Source: Eledone cirrhosa
Taxonomy: Eukaryota
Reading direction: 5' to 3'
DNA length: 64,000 bases
NCBI GenBank assembly: GCA_964016885.1
Contig: OZ024743.1
Coordinates: forward strand, 2,542,001-2,606,000
In this document: piece by piece, positions 1-10,900 of the stretch
How the letters are laid out: every line of letters begins with the position of its first letter
Position numbering within the stretch: position 1 is the first letter of the stretch
Notes under the pieces: model-generated
What the model was told of the DNA's origin: nothing
Databases searched by the model: none
The model's input: the letters and a program-made list of their open reading frames with translations, nothing else
Translations under genes and position numbers: made by a program

Positions 1-908
1 CACATCTCCTCTTAGAATCTCTCACGGAATTGCACCGAAATTGCTATACTTGTACATTGAGCCCTAGCGAAGACATCGGAAAAAAAAAATTTCAAATTAA
101 CCCACCCTATGTGACGAAATCGAATATAATGTATCGATTTTTGAGCGTAAGTTATCAGTTATTTCCCTTTGTTCTGTTTACATTGAGCGTCTTACGTAAA
201 AAATTACGCTGGCTTTCTCAGCGTTTAAAATGACATTAACACAATACACGAACAGACAGTTGTCGAGCCAGCAAAATATTGACCTGCAAAATTCATCAGT
301 TCGAACACTAAGCTTCCGTTTTGCTTCATTTCCATTTAAAAGCATTTTAAAACAATATTTTTACTTGAAAACAAGTCTATTTAAAGACTACGTAAAACAA
401 GCAAATATTTCGTCGTTAGGCGTGCAGACAGACAGTCGTGCAGAGAGGTGATATAGGCGTGCAGACAGACAGTCGTACAGAGAGGTGATATAGGCGTGCA
501 GACAGACAGTCGTGCAGAGAGGTGATATAGGCGTGCAGAGAGGTGATATAGGCGTGCAGACAGACAGTCGTGCAGAGAGGTGATATAGGCGTGCAGACAG
601 ACATAACTGATAATTTGGTTACGCTAATGTTTTTCTCTGCGTTGCAGTGTTTACATTTTCGATCTTTGTTAATAAATAACCAGTGCAGTTTCTATCCCCA
701 GCATCCTCTTTTGTTATAACATTCGGGTTATCGTTATGTTTTCTTAACTTCATAAGGCATATTGTTGGTTGAGGGAATATTAATCAAAAACACCACATGC
801 AAGTCTGCACAGTAGACACTACAGTTTTTAAGCCAAAAAAGAAACTTAACATTGTAACTTTAACACAGCTACTGAGCGACCCCGAGCAACGCCGGGCTTT
901 ACTGCTAG
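1..908 (+). mobile_element. Non-autonomous Helitron-like element, 5' end outside the window
   Basis: Ends in the hairpin CCCG-agcaacgc-CGGG (881-896) followed by CTAG (905-908) then T. Carries an internal minisatellite. Confidence 0.65.
418..603. repeat. 37-bp minisatellite (aggcgtgcagacagacagtcgtgcagagaggtgatat), about 5 copies
   Basis: Direct tandem copies, one with an internal deletion. Confidence 0.95.
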
Positions 909-911
909 TTA

Positions 912-1792
912 TCTATATATATAAAATTGAGGATGTATGCCTGTGTGTGTGTGTGTGAGTTTGAATCCCTAAAACTCGAGAAGCACCCAACCGACTGTTT
1001 TCAAACTTTACACATGTAATACTTATGTTTCAGGGAGTGTTCTGAGCAAAAAAAATTCAAATTTTCAATGCCCTAGGAACTGCATTAGGCGATTTAGCGA
1101 TCTCTCTCTATAATTCTTAGTTTTTCTCTTTGTAGATACATACATATAACGTTGCACCCTTATAATATCTGTCTGTATGCCTGGCTGTCTGCATTACGTC
1201 AATTCCCTGAGGATGACTGTCTCTGTGTGTGTCTGAGTTTGAATCCCTAAAACTCGAGAAGTACCCAACCGATGTTTTTCAAACTTTACATGTGTATTAC
1301 TTATCTTTCAGGGAGTGTTAAGCACATTAGGTGAAAAACTGTGTTTTTTAAAGCTTTTTAGGGGTTTTTTGAGGCGTTACGTCAGACTGATTTCCATGAA
1401 ATTGTAACTATGTATTAGTCAGTCTCTTCTTCATACCGTGAGCAAACAAAATCCAACTTTTTTATGGCCTAGGGCCCGCATTAGGTGAAAAACTTCATTT
1501 TTTCAGCTTTTAGGGCTTTTTGGAGGCGTTAAGTCTAGCTGATTTTCCCGAAATTTCAAAGCATATGCGCATTAAAAAAATTAATTTTCTTGAGCCCCTA
1601 GGGCCCGCATTAGGTGAAAACCTGCATTTTTCTTGCTTCATCGAGGAAAATCTTAAAGATTATCCAGCCATCAGAGTATCCGGTTTATTTTCTTGACATA
1701 TTGTCCAGGCATGAGTTTTTCCACGGTTAGGTCTGTTGGCGGCCCGCGTTCCAAAATACCTTATCCCGTGCAACACCGGGTACCACTGCTAG
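912..1792 (+). mobile_element. Non-autonomous Helitron-like element
   Basis: Starts A|TCTATATATATAAAA with a (GT)n stretch, has internal duplicated blocks (gaatccctaaaactcgagaag; gcattaggtgaaaa), 3' hairpin CCCG-tgcaacac-CGGG, then CTAG|T. AT target, no TSD. Confidence 0.75.
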
Positions 1793-1891
1793 TCTGGAAT
1801 ATTTTAAACACTGAATTCGCTCAATCTGATCAATAGATAAATAGTTAGTTTGGCAGGCAGATGTCTAACTACTCTCAGAATAATTTAAGTA

Positions 1892-1975
1892 ATCACTAAA
1901 ATTCATGCCTTACAGTTATATCACTAAAATTCATGCCTTACAGTTATATCACTAAAATTCATGCCTTACAGTTAT
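1892..1975. repeat. 28-bp tandem repeat x3
   Basis: atcactaaaattcatgccttacagttat occurs three times. Confidence 0.95.
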
Positions 1976-2368
1976 ATTTTCTTTTTTATGATACTATACA
2001 TCACAAAATGGTTGTTTTATTCTTTGACTCTCAAAGCTTAACTCTTTAACGTCTTGTACTGCATTAAGAAGACATTCTTGAAAAGTATAAAACATCACTG
2101 ACTGCATCACAGTGAATATTGTCTTTATTCTAATATTGCAAATTTTCACAACAATCTGTTTAGTAGTAAAGATACTATAAGCATTTACATTTTTAAATAT
2201 TTTCTGCTAAATCAGTACAAGATGTTAACAGTTAATAGTAAATTCTTCTTAAAGTTAAATTTTGTTCATAATTATTAGATTTCTTCTGTGTTGTAAAGAG
2301 TATTATTTAGCAATTTATTATCAATAAGTTCCATATAATTTTCATAACTGAATTTCTTTTCTTTCCAG

Positions 2369-2492
2369 TACACCATTCTATTTTACTTTTTGGGCCCTGT
2401 GTATGTATGATCTCCATGTTCCTCATACAGCATATGAGAAACAAATACAACAACTAAGAGCACAAATTGTGGCCATTGAAGAAAATGACTTG
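2369..2492 (+). CDS. THOC2: THOC2 internal exon (first in window): TPFYFTFWALCMYDLHVPHTAYEKQIQQLRAQIVAIEENDL
   Basis: ccag|...|gtaggt boundaries. Resembles the THOC2 segment [21 protein letters not shown] as recalled; phase joins the next exon. Confidence 0.92.
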
Positions 2493-2542
2493 GTAGGTGG
2501 ATTTTTAAAAATGATTTTCGTTTATTTATTGCTTTATATTGA

Positions 2543-2889
2543 TTGAACAATGAGGACAAAAAAGACAAGGTTTAGTACTTAATTAGTTCATTGATTTATA
2601 AGTGTTTTAAAAAGTTGATTGAACCATGATACTATTGATATATTGACTAATTGGTAGCAGTTATGTAACTCCAAATCATCAGTCTCAATACAGTTGATCC
2701 ATCTCAACGTTTTCGTCAGAAACAAACAGATGTATCTATTGTATCATGACTGATGATTTGGAGTTGTATAACTGCTATTGATTAGTCAATATATCAATAT
2801 TATCATGATTCATTCAACTTTTTAATACTATCTTAAAACAATGAACTAATTAAGTACTAAACCTCACCGTTTTTGTTTCCATTGTTCAA
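2543..2889. mobile_element. Foldback/MITE-like imperfect inverted repeat, about 150-bp arms
   Basis: ttgaacaatg...aggtttagtacttaattagttcattg is mirrored by caatgaactaattaagtactaaacct...cattgttcaa. Confidence 0.8.
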
Positions 2890-4034
2890 CCTATTCATAT
2901 GACATTGAATACTCAACAAAATCTAATACGATGCTATTTTTCCACAAAAACAAAAATTTCTTTTCACCTAATTTTGTTGGGATATTCATATTCTTCCTAC
3001 AAGGAATTCTAACAGCGTTATTGATCCTACTGTAGACAAGTAAACACCAGTGAATTTATTAATTGCTATGAGATTTGATACAACCTCTGTACTTCTTTGA
3101 ATCTACATCTGGCTGTAGAATCTTTCAACTTCCGTGCCTTTTCCCCCTATATTGTCCTGTATCTTTGAGTTTGTCTAGCTTTTACTCTGAAGTCACTAAT
3201 CTATGTTGAATGTCTATCCTCTGTCTACCTTGCATGTCTACCTGAGTGGTAGCTGATGAGATGCTGAATCAGTTTCCTCATGTTACATCTTACAAATGGT
3301 TAGATCATTTATGTCTCTGACTTCCAAGAACCTTGATCCCTATTCATTCCTTTCACCATAATCTTAGTCTCCATCTATATTGTTTTTAACATTTTCATTA
3401 AATTCACTAGATGAAGTTGCTATCATCTGTTAACAAGATAGTCTGCAATAAGGTTCAAAGGAACAGTGTTTCTGTTGATCAGTCAGTTGTGAGTGTGATA
3501 CCTATATGGAGCTGTCAGTTTGAATAGTCAAACTTATTGTCTTACATACTCTGACTATTTCACAGTTGTGAATGTGATATATATGTAGCTGTTGTGTTGT
3601 CTGAATAGTCAAACTTATACTTTCACGTACACTGACTATTTCAATAACTTTATCCATTTCTCTGCCAACAGTATTTCTACTCGTCCAACTATAACCGAAA
3701 AAATTGTGTACACATGTTCCTTACATATGAGAAGTTTGTCTGAGGTTCCCCTCTATTCTGTCTCTTGTTTACAGCATAGACTTACTCACTTCCCCTCTAG
3801 CATCTCTACTATCTCTCTAGGCCTACAACTCATTTAGCCAACATTAATGGTGGTAACCTTGACATTTTACATTGAACTCAGCAAGATTTTCTGGTCGATG
3901 TTTATTTTCTACATCTGAAAGAGAGAGAGTTGGTATGATCATTTGAAGATGGTCGAGAGCTTTTCGTACATGGTTACATGTCCCCAACCAAATATCCTAC
4001 CGTTCACAGCACTGGTTCTTATTTTATTTTTTAG

Positions 4035-4176
4035 CCACAAAGTAAAAAGAAAAAAGATAAAGAACGGTGTACTTCATTGATTGACAAACTTATGGATGAA
4101 GAAAGAAGACAATCAGATCATGTGCAGCGAGTTATGGCTCGACTGAAACATGATAAGGACTCTTGGTTCTTGTGTA
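4035..4176 (+). CDS. THOC2: THOC2 exon: [47 protein letters not shown]
   Basis: ttag|...|gtaagt. Matches the THOC2 motif KKKKEKERC...EEEKKQ.EHV.RV. Confidence 0.95.
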
Positions 4177-4338
4177 GTAAGTACCTTTACAGTTTTATCT
4201 CTTCCTCTAATATAAAGCGTCTCTACACTATGGGCTTGGGTACCCTTTGACTACATTCAGTTGGCTTCAGTTCTATTTCACTGCATGACACCTTGGGCAA
4301 GTGTTTTCATTTATAACCTTTGGTTAACTAATGCCTTG

Positions 4339-4371
<33 letters not shown>

Positions 4372-4374
<3 letters not shown>

Positions 4375-4473
4375 TGGTCTCCCAAAAATTGTATACATAA
4401 TTCAACAACATTCTAATAAATATTGCCTGTACAGGTAATCAAAGTATGTATACATTTTTGGGGGAAACTATGT
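4372..4473. mobile_element. Small Tc1/mariner-type MITE
   Basis: TIRs catggtctcccaaaaattgtataca / tgtatacatttttgggggaaactatg, with TA-rich flanks. Confidence 0.55.
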
Positions 4474-5149
4474 ATATATATACACACACACACACACACA
4501 TTAGGCGGCAAGTTTAGAATAGGTACACTGTATCACTGTGATAAGAAGCAGCCAAAGCAGTTTGTATAAAGAAGGGCATCTTGCTGTAGGGAAAGAAAAA
4601 ACTGCCAGAAATGGGTCTTGTTTAATCTATGCAAGCATGGAAAAACAAAGGTAAAAACAGTCATATCTTAATCATCATCAAGATTGTTTTTACATTTGTT
4701 TTTCCAGTAACAAAGCCGTTGGAATATTACTTTGGAGGTATTTAATTAGTCCTTGATATTTTGGGATAAAATCCCTTAATCAAAAGAAAAATTGAGGAAA
4801 CTAAGTTATACTGGCATTTTAAAATTGAAACTAGCTGTTTTTTCAATGCTGGAAGTAATGAATGGATCACATGGTATGTTCTAATCTAAGCTATGGTTGT
4901 ATCTATTGACGAAGTAGAATGCAATGTAATAGTAAGTCCAACTGTTAGCCATTGTTTGTTGGGTTCTTGTCTGTTGTTGATTTGTGGTTTGATCCTATTT
5001 TTAACATTGAATTTCATATTTGTGTTGCTTTAGTCCTCTAAAATATAACACAATATTTTCTATACTTTCCACCATGCTTCAAGCAAACTACTTCACCCTC
5101 TTTATTGTAATTGATGTTTCAATAAGTTCAAATGTTCTCTTATTTCAAG

Positions 5150-5307
5150 GATCCACCAAGAATGAAATGATTACTCAATTCCTACAACTTTGTATATTTC
5201 CTCGCTGCTGCCTGACAGCCAGTGATGCTCTTTACTGTGCCAAATTCATTTATATTCTACACGAACAAAAGACTCCAAACTTCTCAACTTTGATATGCTG
5301 TGACAGA
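5150..5307 (+). CDS. THOC2: THOC2 exon: [52 protein letters not shown]
   Basis: caag|...|gtaagt. Contains the conserved Tho2 motifs [10 protein letters not shown] and KTPNFSTL. Confidence 0.96.
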
Positions 5308-6142
5308 GTAAGTTGAAAAATATCTTTCTCTTTCCATTCCATCTCTTAACAATTTGAATACCAGCCTGCTCAAAACCACCCATTTTAAAGGTTTCATATT
5401 TAAATAAAAGTTTTCCATCATAATTTGATATAAAAACCTTGTGTTAGGGTATGTTACAGACACCATTTGGAGGATCGTGGGACCAGTTGTCATGCATGCC
5501 TTGCAACAGGTCCTGTCAAAAGCAAGTCTCCAGTTGACCCAGCTGGATCCCCAAGCGAAACCAGCCAAGCTCATGGATGGTATCCAGTCATTTTGCTCAG
5601 GGTCTACTCCTGCCGGTTGGTTTTGCCCGTAAAATCTGTCCAGCGATTTTTTTTTTTTTCTTGAAATGTTCTAACTACATCCCCATAGTATCAGAGCTGT
5701 GGTCTCAATTCAGAGAAATAGCAGCTCTACCTGGAGTGACTCTCTGATCTCCGAGAGTAACTCTCTCATCTTTGAGCTATGCACTCTATCAAGTAATGTT
5801 ACTCCAAAAACCTTTTAAAGGAACCCCATTTCTGCTGCTCGTGTTCACAATCGTTTGGTCATTACCAAAGATTCATTCTGGCTCTCTAAGTTCAAATCCT
5901 ATCATAGTCAACTTTGCCTTTCATGATTTTGAGGTCAATACACAAAAAAAAAGCTACCAGTTCAGTACTGAGGTTGATTCTTCCTCTATATCTCTTTCTC
6001 ACTTCTTCTCATGAAGAAACTAGCTGTGTTCAAAGCTGGAGGGGAATGGGCTCCTCCAACAGGAGTTACGGGTCTATACATGTATGATTGCTTTAATTTG
6101 CATTTTATTATATAGCTATTGTTAATGTACATATGTTTTCAG

Positions 6143-6271
6143 ATTTTCTGTGATATCACATACACTGTAACTAGCTGCACAGAAAATGAAGCACACCGCT
6201 ATGGACGATTTCTTTGTGCTGCATTAGAAACTATAATGAAATGGCATGCTGACAAAGTTACATATGAAAAA
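6143..6271 (+). CDS. THOC2: THOC2 exon: [43 protein letters not shown]
   Basis: tcag|...|gtaagt. Contains SCTENEA.RYGRFL. Confidence 0.96.
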
Positions 6272-6403
6272 GTAAGTGTAAACATGTTATTTTATTTGGC
6301 CATCTATTATTCTTAGAGAAAACTTAATGAAGGATGTTTTTACTATTTGAAGATTTGAATAAATATAAGTTTTATTTTAATATCATTTTGTATGATTACA
6401 CAA

Positions 6404-6678
6404 GACAGAGGCGTGGTTGTGTGGATAAGCAGTTTGCTTCCCAACCATGTTGTATCAGGTTCAGTTCTACTGCGTGGTACCTTAGGCAAGTGATGGAAAC
6501 TGTATAGAAGCATGTCATTGTGTGTGTGTTTACGTTTACCTCCCATAACTTAGCAATTAAATAAAGTAAGTAGCAGGCTTGAAAAAATAATTATTTGTTT
6601 TGATATGATCAACTATATCCCTCTAAACCAATGCTCCAGTATAGCTTCAGTCTAATGACTGAAGCAGGTAAATGAATT
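6404..6678 (+). mobile_element. tRNA-derived SINE with a CR1/L2-type 3' tail
   Basis: A-box-like gtggttgtgtgg, B-box-like ggttcagttc, core accttaggcaagtg. Tail gctccagtatagcttcagtctaatgactgaagcaggtaaa. Confidence 0.7.
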
Positions 6679-7285
6679 AAAGCAACAATATGGCTAAAAA
6701 GAAATTTTTAATTATTATTTAGCTTGTTTTTCATATTTAATAGACAGTTGATTTGCTCTCACACACTCACCCACTTTTAATCAAAATTACTTCTAATCTG
6801 CTGAAAAAAAAAAAAAATATATATATATATATTAACTCTTAATGTTCACATGAAACTTTAACAAAACATTCTTGAAAAGTACAAAACAAGTACTCACTCT
6901 ATCATTAAAAATTAATGTCTTTATACTAATACAGAAAATGTTCACAATAGTCAATCCATTAGTAAGGACACTATACATTTGAAACCACATTAGAAAGACA
7001 ATTTTGAAAATGTAAAACAGCACGATGACTGTATCATATTAAGAATTCAAGTATTTACTCTAATACTGGAAATCTTCACTATTATCTGTCCACGAGTAAG
7101 GATACTATAAATATTTGAATTAACAAACTTGTTTTTAGATATTTTCTGCTAAATCATTATATGATATTAAGAGTTAAAACTAAATCAAAGCTTTTTGCTT
7201 TTATGAAAATGTATATGTATGTACTTTTTAACACTGTAATTACAAAATACAAATTATTCTCTCTCTTTTTTAAACCTTTTTTGAG

Positions 7286-7414
7286 GAATGTGCTAACTAT
7301 CCTGGATTTGTCAGTGTAATCCGTAAAGGATCTGATAATATAAACAAAGCAGATCAATTGGGTTATGAAAATTACAGGCATGTATGTCACAAGTGGCATT
7401 TCCGAATAACAAAA
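7286..7414 (+). CDS. THOC2: THOC2 exon: [43 protein letters not shown]
   Basis: ttttgag|...|gtgagt. Matches THOC2 EC.NYPGF...KADQLDYENFRHV.HKWH. Confidence 0.94.
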
Positions 7415-7477
7415 GTGAGTATGATAGAAATTTGATTTAAATAAAAAAACAACTTATTTTGAAAATTTACTTTATTT

Positions 7478-7895
7478 ACAACCCACTCTGTAATGTGGTA
7501 GTGTTGTTGCTATGATAAAATGCACCTAGTACACTCAGTAAAGTGGTAGTGTTGGTGCCATGATAAAATGCACCCAGACAGTTCAGTAAAGTGGTAGTGT
7601 TGGTGCCATGATAAAATGCACCCAGACAGTTCTGTAAAGTGGTAGTGCTGGTGCCATGATAAAATGCACCCAGACAGTTCTGTAAAGTGGTAGTGCTGGT
7701 GCTATGATGAAATGCACTCAGTATTGTTGTCACAATAAAATGCACCCACCCTACTGTATAAATTGATTGGCATCCAGCTATAGAAACTATTCTAAACTGG
7801 AACCTATGAGTAAAATGTGGTCATCTGATTTGTCTAGTCATCAAATGAGATAACCCATGTGAAAATGAAACAGACATAAAACTGAGATGATGATC
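7478..7895 (+). repeat. 48-bp tandem module (gcacccagacagttctgtaaagtggtagtgctggtgccatgataaaat), about 5 copies, ending in an RTE/SINE-like (GAT)n tail
   Basis: Direct tandem copies. Related arrays lie at ~23020-23283, ~30015-30145 and (minus strand) ~17750-18060. Confidence 0.75.
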
Positions 7896-7918
7896 ATCAT
7901 TATTATGAGTCCATTTTC

Positions 7919-10900
7919 CTAGATGAAATGCAGTTCGGGTTTGTGTCAGGCAAAAGTACCACAGACGCTCTTTTCATTGTACGACAACTACAGGAGAAGT
8001 ACCTAGCTAAAAGTAAACCCCTATACTTAGCTTTTGTTGACTTGGAGAAAGCCTTCGACAGAGTCCCCCGTTCCATTATCTGGTGGGCTCTTAGAAAACT
8101 AGGTGTTGACGAATGGCTTGTGAGAGCTATACAAGCCATGTATAAAGAAACAGTCAGCAATGAAGTGATTGCCATTGGGGTACCAGAGGACAAGGCTGAT
8201 CTTCAGGTATTTGCTGCCAGCTCAGCCAAAGACCTAGGCTGTGTTCCCCCAAAGGGTGCCCTCCGCCTTGGTCGACCTGGTCCAAAACCCAGACTCATCA
8301 GGCTGTCTTTCTCGGACCCCGCAGAGGCAACCTCATATCATCTGGCCTCTGCTAAAGCTGGGCGTGAAAATCGGATTACCTTCCGAACACGCCCAGGCCT
8401 ACCACCCCATGTACGTCCAAAACTACGTGCTGCAGCTTCCTTGAATCGGAACTCAGCACAAGATGAAATTTTCAGTCTGCGTGATGATGGGCAGATCTGG
8501 AGGTTTGTCAAGGCTGGTGAAACGTGGAAGAGAGATACCAGCTGGTCTGAGTGTGATCTACCCACAATAACTGGCAATGTAAAAACTGCTACAACTCTGG
8601 GAAACTAAACCAGAACAACCTGCCACCCTCTACACACCATCATAAACTGCGAGCAGGGTACAAATTGTTGTCCTTAAATGCTCGCAGTTTATGCAACAAG
8701 ATACATCTGTTCGAATCCTACGTCAGAAGCATCGACCCTGACTTCATCACAGTCACGGAAACATGGGCACATTCCTTACTCTGTGATGGGGTTTTCACCA
8801 TTACTGGGCACAACCTTTTCCGCAAGGACCACATTAACCGCCGTGGTGGTGGTGTGATGGTCTACGTTCGTTCAAACTTTTCGGTAATTCCTTGCGTTGA
8901 TTTGAATGAATCACAGGAAGAAGTTTTTTTCTGTGACATACGTATGACTATGTCAACACTTCTGCTTGGTGTTGTTTATCGCTCCCCAAACTACCATCAG
9001 GACACACAGCTTTGCGATATCCTGAGAGTTGCTGCCAAGAAAACAGCCACTTATGTGTTTATTGCAGGTGACTTCAATCATCCTGAGATCGATTGGGAAA
9101 CCTTTCGTTGGCCACAGGGTGCAAACGATTTCCTTGAACTAGTGCTGGACTCAAACTGGTCACAAGTAGTCACCTCTCCAACAAGAGGTGACAACACTTT
9201 GGACCTGATCTTCACCACTACTCCTGAAGTGGTTATCAGTTGTACTACTGAGGAACCTCTAGGCGACTCTGATCATGCTATGATCATTGCCAATCTGGCA
9301 CTTGAGGGCAGCAACAAAAACCAGAGCCATCTCCAATCTGCTTGCTTTGATTGGAAGAGGGCGGATTGGAACTTGTACTGCACTGAGCTACAGCGCCCAA
9401 ACTGGCATGAGATGTATAACTCTGGAGATGTGAACTCTATACTCCAGAGCATCCTGGACTCAATATGGATAGCGTGTGTGCAGCATCAGTGCCACGGAAG
9501 CGAAAAAATAACCACCCCAAAAGTGCAATCTGGGAAACTTCAGCGGTCCGACTTGCCAGGAAAGAACGTCGGAACGCTGAACGGGAATATAAACTGCATA
9601 GATCAGATGCCAACAGAAAAAAGCGGAATAAATCTTCTAACCATCTCAAGCAAGTGACAAAGAAGGCAGTGCTTGAATTTGAACAGTGCATCGCAACCAA
9701 TCCTGACAGTAAGGTGTTCTGGAAATATGTTCATTCAAAGCAGAGACCTCACTCTCCAGTTGGTCCTCTTCGCAATCCCCACACAAGCCAGATCACTGAC
9801 GATCCCAAGGAATGCGCAGAACTCATTGCTGAGTGCTATGCAAGTATTTTTACTGTTGAAAACCAGAATGTACCATCCCCACCATCTCTAACATCAAATT
9901 CCATAACAACTATGGAATTTACACCTGCAATGTTGCAACGTCACCTTAAGAATAAGCGCAACTATGCCTCCCCTGGTCTTGATGGTGTGACATACCTGCT
10001 TCTCAAACGTGGCGGGGATTTCCTTTTGCACCAGCTTTCTTTCTTCTTTCAATACTGTCTCAGCAATGGTGCTACTCCGGAGCAGTGGAAAACTGCCAGT
10101 GTCATTCTCCTGTTCAAAAAGGGCAACCGCATGTCACCTGTCAACTATCGTCCAGTCAGTCTTACTAGCTGTATGGCCAAACTGATGGAATCCTGTGTCA
10201 GAGAAACATTTTGGAACTTCTGGAGCTCTCACAGCCTCATCCGGCCCTCACAGTTTGGATTTATCCCTAACTCCAGCTGCTGTGATCAGCTTATCGAGTT
10301 CCTTGAGGACATCACCCGGATCACTGACAGCGGCTCATGGGTGGATGTTGTTTACCTTGACTTTGCTAAGGCTTTTAATTCTGTGCCACACAAAAGACTT
10401 ATGACAAAACTCTCTGCAATGGGTGTGAGGGATGATCTTTTCAACTGGCTGAAATCCTTCATTCTCAGCCGAAAGGAAGTAGTCACGGTTCTAGGACAGC
10501 ATTCTTCATCATATGAGATGTCATCTGGTGTACCACAGGGATCTGTTCTTGGTCCTCTTTTGTTTGTGGCATATATTAATGACATAGATGCCAACTTACA
10601 GAATGCCACGGTACTAAAATATGCAGATGACATCAAGCTGTACCTTGAAATCAAAAGGACTGATCCTGAAATTTACAACTCTTTCCTACAATCAGACCTG
10701 GACACAATGCAGCAATGGATCACAGACTGGCAACTGAAGCTGGCTGTGGACAAGTGTACCACCATGCATTTTGGAAGGAAAAATCCAGCGTCCACATACT
10801 CCCTCCACAACACTGACATCAATAAGTCCTCTTGTGAACGTGACCTGGGCATTACTGTCAGCAACGATTTGCGTTGGACAAAGCCTGTCTCTAAGATTGT

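Noticed and set aside
418-603. 37-bp array as a CRISPR
   Set aside because: No spacers; an ordinary minisatellite inside a Helitron-like element.
2676-2790. CTGATGA in both arms of the intronic foldback as a hammerhead
   Set aside because: No properly placed GAAA or helix I.
5420-5640. GC-richer intronic block with overlapping short ORFs
   Set aside because: No recognisable motif; possibly a TE relic but cannot be classified by eye.
6404-6480. tRNA gene
   Set aside because: A/B-box-like motifs only, no cloverleaf; continues into a SINE body.
7478-7760. 48-bp array as a CRISPR
   Set aside because: Contiguous tandem units with no unique spacers, no cas genes, and a eukaryotic context.
7928-8608. 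226-aa ORF as a novel host gene
   Set aside because: It is a junction product of RTE RT and CR1 ORF1 fragments.
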